This document shows, one piece after another, positions 26,001 to 38,000 of a DNA stretch of 64,000 bases (the stretch's first letter is position 1; each line of letters starts with the position of its first letter). The stretch covers positions 3,162,001-3,226,000 of the forward strand of contig JAYWIR010000019.1 in assembly GCA_036172245.1 (NCBI GenBank), given 5' to 3'. Under the pieces are notes generated by a model that was not told the DNA's origin, did no database searches, and worked only from the letters and a program-made list of their open reading frames with translations. The translations under genes were made by a program, and so were the position numbers. This DNA comes from Raillietiella orientalis (lineage: Eukaryota).

Positions 26001-29000
26001 GTGCTGACGCACGTGCAAGTTCGCTTTCCAAAGAGAACATGGGCGTCGACATCAGTGACATCTTGCGAGGATGCGAGTAACTGCCGTGTTTACGATTCCT
26101 CTTTGGAAAACGAACCAATCAGCAGCATCCGGAAAAACAAATCTCATGGAATTCACGGAGCACCCATTCATCTACGAGAATTCTCCCAAGCACTGATTTC
26201 AGCTGTGATATCACCGCGTATTTCCATGATTATTGGAACGCCTGAGAGCTGCTCGTTTGATTTCGTTACAGGCAACGCCCGCACACCGGTGTGATAACCT
26301 TTGTGGAAACACTGAAAATGATGAAAAAAGAATCTTCATCTGAGAAATATTCCCCTAGATTGCTGCAAACGGCTCCTCAGTTGTCTTAGAAAACTACAAG
26401 ATCACTGGACATCACAGCAACAATCAGCGTGCAGAGGCTGCGATCTCCTTCTCCAGCCTTCGCAACAAGTTTTGCCCCATCCTACGCATCTCCATCTGTG
26501 AACCAAGACCTTCGTTTCATCTCATGGGAATGTTCAAAGGTGTAGAGCTTCGAATCTCTACTTTGGAAGATTTCCTCCATTCCGCCATTCCGCTTTAGCA
26601 AGCAAATTTCTTTTTTTTTTTTTCTTCTTGTTCTTCCTGATAGATTTGCAGAAGCCAAGAAAACTCCCTTTTTTTCTGGTTTTCCTTCACAGGTGCGTTC
26701 CAATGTACGTTGGGGGCATTCAGAGTTAAGGATGCAGCAGAACTGGAGACAGCTGCTTCCATCATCCGCTACCACGTTCTTCACTGTTGCAAAAGTCTAT
26801 TTACGCCACAGCAATTATGCTTTTTCTTCTAGTCGAAGATTGCAAGTTCCTTTACAAAATCAAGTTCGTTAAGCATCCGTCTGTCCGTTCCACTGCATCG
26901 TCCTTATTTTCCTCTCGCACCTTCGCCGGCGATGTACTTCGATGGATGCGGAGGAGAGGTGTTGGAGGAACGAAACCCACCATCTGTTCCGTCCCAGTCC
27001 TGGATCCAGAACGAGTTCGCCAGGTATTCCCGTGCAGGAGCGGTTTTTCGCGTGCAAGAGCACCTTGCAAGAGGGATCTGGTACGCGCCCGAAAAGAGCG
27101 GGGTTCGGTTCCTCGGCTGCCACGCAAGCTGCCGGCGAGCAACGCGCTGGACGCTTCCTGGAATATGGTGCTTTCCTCAGGCGGGAAAGCGCGAACCTAC
27201 TTGGGAGCTTTCGCTTCGGAAACGAAGGCTTCCCGGCTTTCTAGAGGAACGCCCTTCACGCGACCACACTCCGCTTCCACGAGATGATCCTCCCTCCACG
27301 TCCACTGCTTCTTTTGTTTCTGCACAGTCGCGGGGGGTTTGGCTTTTCTCTTGGCGGAAAGTCCTTCTTCGGCGGTGCTGCCTCGGCCTGGGGAAAATTC
27401 CAGGAGACGAATTTCACGTTCCTCTTGATCGTGGAAGAAAATGAACCCATAGTGACGACAAGAAGGAAATCGAGGAAGGGGAGGGGGGGAGAAGAAGAAG
27501 AAAAAACACATCCATTAATTTTCCGTGTGTGTTTCGTGATTGATGGCGGAAGGCCAACACGAATGTGCACTCTTTTAGAGTGCACCTGTTGATGGGAGTT
27601 GCAACCCGAAACTCTTCTTCAAGGCAAGGAGCATCGACGGCCTAACCCCAGGCCTTGAGCCGGTCTCAGGAGGGAGCCCTGCAGACAATCAAAGAGGCAA
27701 ACAGGAGTCACGGCTGGAACATTTTCCGCCTTCCCAGAATCCCGGCCCGAAAGCATCCTTCAGCAAGCGATGAAGGAATGCCGCTTTCCGGCTCCAAACG
27801 TCAACCGATGAGCGTGAAGCTTCTGGGCACGCGGCCCGTCTGCCCTTCGAGAGCGACCGGTTGACCACGGAAGCTCCTAGGAAGGCTGGCTGCGTTCCTC
27901 CGCAAAAGACGGAACTCCGAAAGGGACCGGGTTTCAGTGGCTCGCGCCGTTCCGGAAACGAGGTGTCTGCAGCGCCAGTGCAACACACCTCTGGATGTAG
28001 GGGAGGGGAAGATTCGAGGATGCGGTCATCCTTCTCTCCCCCTTGGAAGGTTACCCCTTTCCTCATCTCCCCCGGAGAGACCACCAGAGGGTACTAGTCC
28101 TTTGTTTCCTCCCGGAAGGGAACCCGGAAAGGATCCGCTCCTGGAATTTCTTCTCCGGAGGGAACCCTCAAGGGAACCGCTCTCTGTTGGTGCTCCTCTG
28201 AAAAGAGTCTCGGAGGGACGCTCCCTAAGGGAGCAGCGCTCTTCTTCTCACTCTGGAGAGGTGTCAACCAGCTCCATGGTTCTCTCGATACGACTTTATG
28301 TGCGCAACTGGAGAGAAATACCGAAGGGAACCTACTCCTTCATTTTGATTTCTGGAATGACCCTGGAGGGTCAACTTCCAACCCCGGCCACTCATCGAGG
28401 GCATGGGGTTTCCGGCTTCCACCAGTGCCGCACCCGAGTACAGGCCAACCAGCGTCATCTTGCGAGGGGAACTCGAATTTACGACGCACCCAGTCCTCGG
28501 GCGCCTACCCTTCCCCGGGTGAGCTTCGAACACGCGGCGCTCGGTACCATGTGGCGCGGAGACCGCAGCAACTTGACCACTCCAACGCGGACAATTCGTC
28601 GAGGAGTCCATTGCTGAGCCGCTGCACACGGAGGAAGGATTAAAGCGACGGGGCGTCCCACGCGTTCCATCTCAGCCCATTCGTTTTTTTGTTTTTTTCC
28701 TTTTACCTGCTGCATGACTCGCTTCAGCTCTTCCGCTTGCCGGACCTCTTCTTCGGAAATCCTGTAATTAAGGCAGACTTCTTCGGAAAAAACTTCTTCG
28801 TTTACATCTGCAGATCGGGTTTTCACGATGTAAGATTTCAGAAGAGGTTCCTGAAACACAGAAAAGTGGCTGCTCGAAACGTGGCCTCAATTTTCCCGGT
28901 CCCCAGGATACACCTCGCGTTCGCCCCGGATGGGAACACGCACCCAGCTCTCATCCTTTCTCCTCTTCGTGGCACTGCGGATGCGAGTGAGCGCAACGAG

Positions 29001-32000
29001 AACATTCTTTCAGCGGCAGCCGCGGCCGCTGCCGGCCGTCGACCTGCGCACCACCGCGAGGAGCCGAGACCGCGCTCGCGCGCGCCACCTCGTCCCGTCG
29101 GCACAGCCTGATTTCGGCGGATTCCCGCGCGGTCCGGGAGAGAGAAGAGCTGAAGGATTCCCGGGCGGCGGGAAAACACCGGAGTGCAGGGCGGAGGTGG
29201 CAGCAGGTCCGCTTCCGCAGAGCCGCGACCCGCGCTGCTGCGACCCAGCAGACGCCGGCGTTCCACATTCGCCTCAGCAGACGTGCGAAACTCCATGTCC
29301 TCGAAATGATGGCTCTCCGCGGCTTGGTGACGTCGTCTTCGCGTGACGAAGAAGAATGCGGTGGGAATGGATTCTTTCTACCGGACTCTAGGCAACCGCG
29401 AGCGCTTGCGATTGGGCGAAGGAAATGAAAAAAAAAAAAAAAGGAAAGGAGAAAATCACCTGTCGGGCAGCACTGAAAAGTAATTCGTACTTTCCTGGAG
29501 AGAGAGAGAAAAAAAAAACGAGTCGTTGTGGAAGGAGAAAACGGGGGAAAGTGCAAGACAAGGAAGGACGTGCGGTTTTCGAATTCGAGACCTATTCAAC
29601 TGGAAGAAGGTTGCTGAGGTTACGGAGGACAGGTCGGCAAACCCCTACAAGACGAAAACGCACACGGCTCATCGCACTCCGCACCGCGTTCCGATAGCGC
29701 CATAGTACCTCCCCGGGGACCCGCGCCCCGGGGCTTTCAGCGGCACATGCTCGAAGGCCGAACCTTCTTCGCGGCTGCGGAAGCAGGCAGTCCCTCGCCT
29801 TCTCCGTCCGTCCAGACGCAGAGGCGGACTCTGGAAGAGGTCTGCGCGGGCGAAGTGGAGAGAACGGGTTGCCCAGCACCAGAACTCGTCCGTCCTTCTC
29901 GCGCTCCTCTCGACGGCACCCGCCGAGATTCGGGAACCCGATGGCGCTCCCGCACGCCACTGGATGACCTGACGCGGTTCGGCAGCATCGCGGCCCGCGT
30001 GACGAAACGTCCCCAAGAGGACATCCCGTTAAATGCTGCGAGGTGTGTAAACGTGTCCTTTGCGATGCGTCGGGACCGAGGCAGCTCAAACCCCGGCTAG
30101 GGGAGATGGCCTCTTGCTCGATTTCGCTTTGGGAGGTGTCTTCCAGGATGGACCCGACGCGGGGTGGAAGGGGGGAAAACCCAACGTGCTGGACTTTCCC
30201 CTCCAGGCAGTGGAAACCGGAAATTCCCCGAAAGAAAGAAAGAGTTCACTGGTAGCCGTAGGCACGGCAACCAAACGAACAAACCGAGACCAAACCGAAC
30301 AAACGAACCGAGACCACTGAAGACGGAGAACCGAGAAAACGGAACGGTGCCCAGCAGACCGAGCGCGACTCTTTCCAGAACCAGGAAAGGAACCGTTTGG
30401 AACCCGAACAGCGGCATCGGGAGCTGGATCGGTGTTTCTGCGAGGCGACGCAGACCTCGCAAACCAGAGGGGGCAGGTCGACGCGGCTGGTTCCGCAACT
30501 TTCACCTGGAGGGTTTTCTTCTTCCCCCTTTTTTGCCGTGCCAGAGATACCACCAGCCTCTCCTTGCTGACTGTCCCACACCGAACGTACTGCCTCGGGA
30601 TGCAGTCGTCTGCCTGTGGCCCCACGACGAAAAATCGATCGCTCCTCCCTCTTCCAGGGGGTTTCCGGTTTCCACTGCCTGGAGGGAAAATCTGGTTTAC
30701 CCCTCCCCCTCCTCTTCGTCCTACCCCTCATTCCTGGAGCTTCCGCATCAGGTCTTAGGACCCCCCATCCATCCTGGAAGACGCTCACTTCCCGACGCGA
30801 AATAGAGCAGGATGCAGCTCTCCCGAGCCTCACCGGCAGCACGCACTTCCGGGCGCGAGCAGCGCCGCCCCCAACGGTATCGGAACAGAACCCGTTACTC
30901 GCCATTTTCCCGGAGCTCCCCCTGGTCACGAGCGGCCGGCCTGAGCCGTTGAACCTGGTGGAAGCGGAACTTCTCTGCTCTCCCGGGACCGACCGCGAGC
31001 GGATGTGCCTCTCGGCCCGGACCGGGGCGCCTTGCTGGCGGTGGCTGCGCGCGCGTTCGCTTCGCTCCTTTGAGTCCCCACGTCCGGCGGATGCGGGATC
31101 GGCAAACCCTGCATCCGCGGGCTGGATGTTCGGCCAGCCGCTGGAAGCGGACGGACGGCGAGGTCACAGCGTGCGCTGCGAGATTCTCCGGCCACCGCCG
31201 GCAGCTTTCTGGGGGCGCTCCCCCCCTCGCCCGTGCCCTTTCACGGTCAGCGCACGGTTGCTTTCCGAAAGGCCGCTTGCCTGGAACTCCTTCCAGGGCG
31301 ACGCCCGGCAGAGAGCGCGCCGAGACGGCCACTCCGCGACCCCGCAGCCACTGGGGGAACGCTGCCGCTATCGTCGCCTCCTCCACCCGCTCATGGTCCA
31401 TGCGGGGGTGCCACGCTAGTGACGCGTCGCTGCTTCCTATAGAACGTTCGGGAAATTCTTCCACGATTCCCGGACGCGGGAGGCCCAGAATCGCTCCAAA
31501 CGGGTCTGCATCTCCGACTCTTGTTTGACGTTTCGGATCCGAGCTGCATCGGCGGAACCGGGTCATCTTCCCGCCGCTGGGGCGGGAAGGAACCCCCCCC
31601 CCCCTCCTTGTTTTCCAGAAAAGTGGTCCGTCGTCACACGCGTTCGCCTCGTTGAAAATTCGCAGCGGTCTCGTTCTCGGAATGACGTCGCGGCCGAAAT
31701 CCGTTGCCGCTCTTTCGCGAATCGGTTCGATCCAGATTAAAACACGATCAGGAATTAATTATGCCGAGATCGAGTCCCTTGTGCTCGCTGCTCCGATCTC
31801 ACGGGGAAAGCTGGCCTTTCCACAAGAAGCTGCGCGGTCGTCAGCCACGGTCGCGGTCAGAGGCGGGCAGGAGGTTCGTCCGCCCGCTCATCCGCGGGCG
31901 CAGACGTGCGAACGGACCGTTCCTTGGCGCGCGTGCGCTGCAGCTCTGCCGCGCTCATCTGCCCTCCTGCCACGATTCCGCACGCTGGACCAAGTGATAC

Positions 32001-35000
32001 ACGCGTGAGGGCGACGTCGACTCTCCTGCGTGGACCCCGAATTCCCCTGTGCCCTAAAAACACGCCCGAAGGAACGCCCCTTTTGAGCGGGCCGCCATCA
32101 GGAACGGGCGCGCGTTCTTTTCTCTCGGGGAAAGACACTCCCTGATCGTTTGCCAGCAGGCGTGAGGCGGAAGCCCGAATTCCCGAAACGCACGCACGCA
32201 CGGGGCGGCTGCTTCACGTCCCGTGAGCAACAGCCGGCCTGTTGCTTTCGTGGATCCCGGGGGAGAGGATTCCATCAGTGGACATTCGTGGTCCGAGTGC
32301 GGCTGCCGGGCAACCCGCCCGCCGTTCCCTTGGATATTCAGGGCGAAATCATTGGGGAAGGCTCGTTGCTTCCACGGTGCTTTCTCGGTTTGTGAGACAA
32401 ACGGGCAGCGTGCTAGAAGCGAAGAAAAAAAATGAGAAAACGAAACACCACTGCTGTAAGAAACCTGATATGCGCGAAACACGCGTCTCGAGTGCCAGTT
32501 CGAGAGTCTCTGCTGAATGCTATGAACAGAGGGATAAGCAAATAGCAAATGGGAGCCCATTCAAAAACCATAAATCGGTTGCAGACGCCTTGCTCAAGAG
32601 AACGGACTAGCAGATGAAACACATTTGGCTGCGCATTTTTTTTTTTTTCTTTCTTTCTAGGAACCGGAGTACACGGCGCAGGTGTACAGTACGGATGCTT
32701 CCACCGTTCGTCCACCTTAGCGGACAAGGACAGCTTCGCAGTCACCTTGCTCACGCAGCGGGTTCTTTACTTGCGCCTGCGATTCGCCGTTCCCGGCCAC
32801 TCCTGGAGTGCGCGCTCTTTTTATCACTGTGAAGAAGGAAAGAAAGGCATTCCACGTGACGACAAGTTTCACCCACTGCCTGCCTGCTTTGGAACGGCGA
32901 GGAGGAATCACGGAGGCTGGGTTCAGACAATGAGCGTGCACTTTAGAGTGGCATGCACTCTTGACTTCACATGTGAAAGATTCAAAATGGCGGACGCGAT
33001 TAAAATCGTATTTGCTCTGTCGATTGAGGAAAGTTGAAAAGGGGAGAGGCGTTTTATTGTCATCCTGTCTTCGATGATTCTACATATGTATGTATATAAA
33101 AGCACAAGTTGGGATTCCCCTTTTTTCGCTCATCGATTTGAGCCGTTCTCATCGAATCCAGCCTGTTTCCGAAACTCGCCTCCGAGACCGACTTATTCTA
33201 AACTGATTTCTTGGATGCTCTTTCCGAAACTGAACGAAAGCGATCAGATGCGGATCAGTCCGTTAGCTGTTGATGAGAATCATCTCGCTCTCAACTCGGT
33301 CGGCATGCAGCGTTTTCAACACTCCCTACTTCTTGGACTCCGCCATCCAAGAAGTTCTGACCTAAATGAGAATGAGAATTATTATTGTCAACGAAATCAT
33401 TCTCCGAGCAAACCACCAGGACATGAAATTCTCTCTCATTGTCCGAATGCTTATATTTTTCCGCTTGTTTATTTATTTTCCTGTCGGAGGTCCACCTGCA
33501 AATGAACCCGAAACTTGGGGGGGGGGGGGAAGGAAGAAAAAAAAAGCTGTGACAACAGTCCACACGGTGCACCAAAAAGGCTTGAAAAATCGCAGGCGTT
33601 TCCCGAATCTTTATTGCACCCGAGAACACTGGAGGAAGAACCCTGAGGTTTCAAGAGTTCCTGCTGGACGTAAATCACGTGGACGGTACAAGGAGCAATT
33701 TCTAAATTAACGAGATGGTACTTTCTTTAGCACAGCCACCGTTTCGCTCTTCCGATCGGAGAGCAGGTGCAAGCAGCAGCCACTGCGTCCTGAAACAAAG
33801 CCACCGCAGTACTCCAGAGTCTGCCTGCCCTTCTCATCATTTCGAGCCAAAACACAGGGTAATTTGGTGTTTCCCGGCCGTTTCGATGACACGGCGGCGC
33901 TCGCAACCCGCAAGCCAGCAATGAAAGTCATCGATGGGCTGCGAGGACGCATCCCGTGAGCTGGGATGGTCCTCTGCGCGACTCTTTCTGAAACACTGTT
34001 GAAGTTTCGAACGGGTGAGGAACACGATGGTGCTTCGGATGACGCGGAAACACGAGAGTTGCCATTTACCTATCCAGAGGATGATCACCGCACGGCCGAG
34101 ATCGCTACATTTCTGTATCTGCGCGCCAGAGGACTGACAACCAGACCATTCGTCTAAGACGATCAGGGAAGGAACCAAAGGTTCCGCTGGATGCGAGTCG
34201 CGATTCGGCACCATAGGCACCAGCACACCTTTCTCAATGTACTTCCCCAAATGGCGCAAGGGACTGGAGGATGCTCCGGCGAAGCGAACGCTCACCAACC
34301 AAATGGCCGGCAACCAACAGATGGGAAGTCCTTTTGGGTTGGTGTTCTCGGGCGTTACGCGGGAGGAATTTCTTATCCGCAGCCATCATCGATCAGCATG
34401 GGCGAGGCATCATGGTGGAGCAGGTGAATTATTTCCGAGATCAAGGTCATAGTTCACTCTGCCTCCCTTGTTTACAAAGAGGCTTCGCGAAATAAGGAGC
34501 GCGTTCGTTCCAGCAAAAGGTCGGGTTGGGTCCTGCATTTTTTTGGAACGCGAGCGGCAGGTGCGTAGCGCGTCTGCTTTCTTCTCCCCGAGCTGGGCGC
34601 AGCCTCATTCCGTTTGGTCTCCGGATGTAGCCTCAACCTTAATGAGCGCCGCCAAACTGTACCTGCGTCATCGTCAAGCAGCCCGAGCTACCAAAGCGTG
34701 CGTAGCTACCACCGATCTCGTTCGTAAGAGCCTCGTCTAGGTGGTCTGTCGTCATCGTCACCCGATCCTCTCTTCGGGTTTCCGTGCCTTTTTGAAACTT
34801 CCTCCGTCGGATCCGCAAATCGGTTCCGAGATGGGAATTCCAGCCTTCCTCTGCCTGGCAACCCTGTGCCGCAGTGTAAAATCATTCCTTCTGTGGCCAC
34901 TTGACCGCGCTTGCTGCCAAAGGGCTTGGCGATTATGCAGCTTCCGTGAACAGATCCTTCCGAGCTTAGCAATGATCCGAGAAATTCGTGCGTTTCGCCG

Positions 35001-38000
35001 CTGGAACGCTCACAAGGCATCGTCTGGTTCTGGACCATTTTAAGGAAGCAGAGGATGGAACGCTCGAATCTCAAAGGGGCAAAAATTAAGAGGTCTCTCC
35101 CACTCTTCCTCCGAATTGCTTGGGATCTCGGCTCGAGCGAAAACCCATTTCCGAGAACCGTCTTCCCGTGTCCCGTTTGTGGGTACTTTCGGCTGGTGCG
35201 GCGACATCGGCTCTGAACAAGAAACTGTCCCTGAGATTTTTCTGGAAGGAAGGACCTGAGAACACCTCTTCCGTGGCATCCACTGCTCCCTTAGTAGGGA
35301 ACGAAACCCGAAGCATTGTAATTGCACCTTGGGAAAACAATGAATTGGTGATTTATGGTTGGAACGTTGCCGGCTCGGTCTCGCAAGAGGGGTAGGATAA
35401 GAATGGTTTCCGATTCATTTCTCGCTGCTCATCCTCCACGGTCACTGCACGTTCTTTCGGAAAGGCCAAACTTTCGACCACGGCCTTCGAAGTCGGATGC
35501 TGCGCGTATCATCATTTCTCGCTGCCTCGGTTTGGATGCGGAGGGCTGGCTGCTCATCTTTCACGCTTCGTCCAATACCTTGTTTGCCAAAGGATTGCTA
35601 CTTTGTTGCTCGGCGACCGCCAGCGAGCACGAGTAGGATGCTGCGTCCTCTGCGCGGCAACCTCTTCTCTTCTTCTTTGTTCGCAAACGCGCGCTTCCCG
35701 TATAGGATTCCCTGCCGATGGCGTTTCGAGTGTCAGTTCACTGCCCTGAGGCGATTTCACGTTCGATCGAGCAGCTTTTCGAAACAGTCAAGGAGCCAGC
35801 GAATCTCCGTTCTGCTCCTCCCTTCTCAGAAAAAAAAAAAAAAAAACGGATGGGACGTCAGGTCCTGTGTCCAAGGATCTGTCTCTTCCACCACCCTTCC
35901 AGCTCGTGCAGCCCTAGTCCTACGAATTTCACATCCTGGTTAATGCTCGAGCAGCAGTTTCTCCTCTCTCGGTGCAGGACGCGACCCTGAAGACCTCGAC
36001 TGCTCCCCGTGGCTGTCCGAACCACGCCGAAAAGCTCCTCAGATCTTCCCCTTTCTCACGTCGGGCTGCCCGCCACAGCGCGATTTCCAGAAAGATGTTC
36101 TTCCCTCTCTCGAGCTGCGGTTCCGAGAGAGCCGACAGAGCTGAGGTCACTCCGGCAACTTTGGTGTTCCTAAAGAGCTCCTTCATCACGATCCATTCCG
36201 TTTCGTTTTCACCACCGGATGGAAAAACCCGGAGGGCTCCTGGAAGGAACTCGGAGTCGACTTCGAATCCCGGCCGGCCCAAGTTCACAGACCAACCTGC
36301 GTCGTCATGCGTGGGGGTGGGGGAGGGGGCAAAATCGTGACCCGCGACTCACCCACCGTTCCTGGCCGTCGATCCTTACTCCGGTGGGATCCGAACCCGC
36401 AACTGTTGGTACCACGTACGGTCGCCAGCGCGTGGTTCTTTTCCCATGAACCCGAACTCCCTACTCCGTACCGTGACACTTCCTCCATGGAGAATTTCTC
36501 GAAAAATTCATCCTCGGATCGAGCAAGAAAGTGAGAGACGGTGACTGTGAGAGAGACTGAGGAACGGAGGCGTCTCGCATGCCCACTTCCCATCTGGTAG
36601 TCAGGTCCGATCGCTTCAAGCGTGCCTCCGGATCAAAGGGCAGAACTTGACATTCTGGAAGCTCTCTCGTGACGCTCCCATCCGTGGATCGGGAGGCAGC
36701 GACGTATCTTCTGTTTCCCGAGGCCTCCTTGAGCCTTCCTCGAGTGTTGGCTCATCTTCCGGCTTTTATGACTGTGGGAGAGACTGTTCTCTTTTGAGCC
36801 CCGACTCACAAAGTCATGCACACGCTCACCGGTCCCGTCAGAGAGAACCAAGAGAGCATGAGCGTTCTTTCTTGCATGCTTGACGTGCGTCAGTCGTGAA
36901 CAGCTCATGCGTGGAGCTGTTCATTCAGAATAGAGGAAACGTACGAATGCGGGGGTGGACGAAAGCCTGGCAAAACCCTGAGGCTTATTTCAGGAGTCGC
37001 CACGGGCCGGCGTAAGCTTGGGCGAAAGACAGTCTTTGAGAGCTCCTGGAACGACCATTACCGAGGGCATCCCGTCCACACGCGTCTGAGTGCGCGATCA
37101 AAGACGGATGCCCAAGGAGAAGGCCTCTCGTGGTGCGAGCAAGGACTTCGGGATGAAAGCGTCGCGACGCGAATCTGCTGCTGAGTTCGACCTCGGGGGA
37201 AAACCAGCGCCAGTGGTCAGATGAGTGGACGCCGACCTTCATTCGTGGTCCGGCCGCGGAGAAACTGATAATGCGTCTCCTGCGCACCGGAGGCTGGAGA
37301 TGCAGATCCGGCCGCAGCATGCAGAGATCCCTATCGCAACTTCCCTTTCGGAGTGAATGGAGCAAAAATGCCTCCGCCTTTGGGGCCCTTCGCGTGTTCC
37401 CGCTTTTCCTTCGTTCTTTGTGTCGCCCTCTCCCGTACGCCGCGAAAAGGATCCGTGAGACCACTTGAGCTGATGCTTTGTCACAGCTTGCCGGAGATGG
37501 GTGAATGGATGCAGGGATGGCGATTTCGAATATTCCCCACCATTTCCGAAGAAATCACCACCGGAACATACGTGTGTGTACATTCTGGCGGTGATTTCTT
37601 TTATATGTATTCATAACGGTGCTTTCTAGCGTTCTGCCTCGAACACGGAGCGAAGCCCCCTGGATTTCTCGTGCCGGAGAGCCCGAATCGCTCCACCGAT
37701 GCACGCGTGACGACTCCCCAAGAGCAGTTACGTACGCGAACCGCCACAGGACCGATGTCTGAGTTCCCCCCCCCCTTTTCCCCCTCCTCCTCCTCCTCTT
37801 CCTCCCCCTCCTCCTTATTCCCGATGCTGCATAAACAGGTAGATAACATGCTGCGTCCTCCGTGGCCAATCAGCAACGTGAATTTTCGGCACTTCGCGCC
37901 GAAGATTTTCGGAAGCACACGAAGCCAAGCAGCGATTCTTCAATGAGCGGTTCGCTGATCTGCCGAAACGATTCGTTCTCAAAAACCCATCGCACGCGGG

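Noticed and set aside
26725..26732. Perfect U12 branch motif TCCTTAAC on the minus strand in intron 2
   Set aside because: It lies upstream of the U12 donor in transcript order and intron 2 has U2-type ends. An 8-mer is expected by chance in a window this size.
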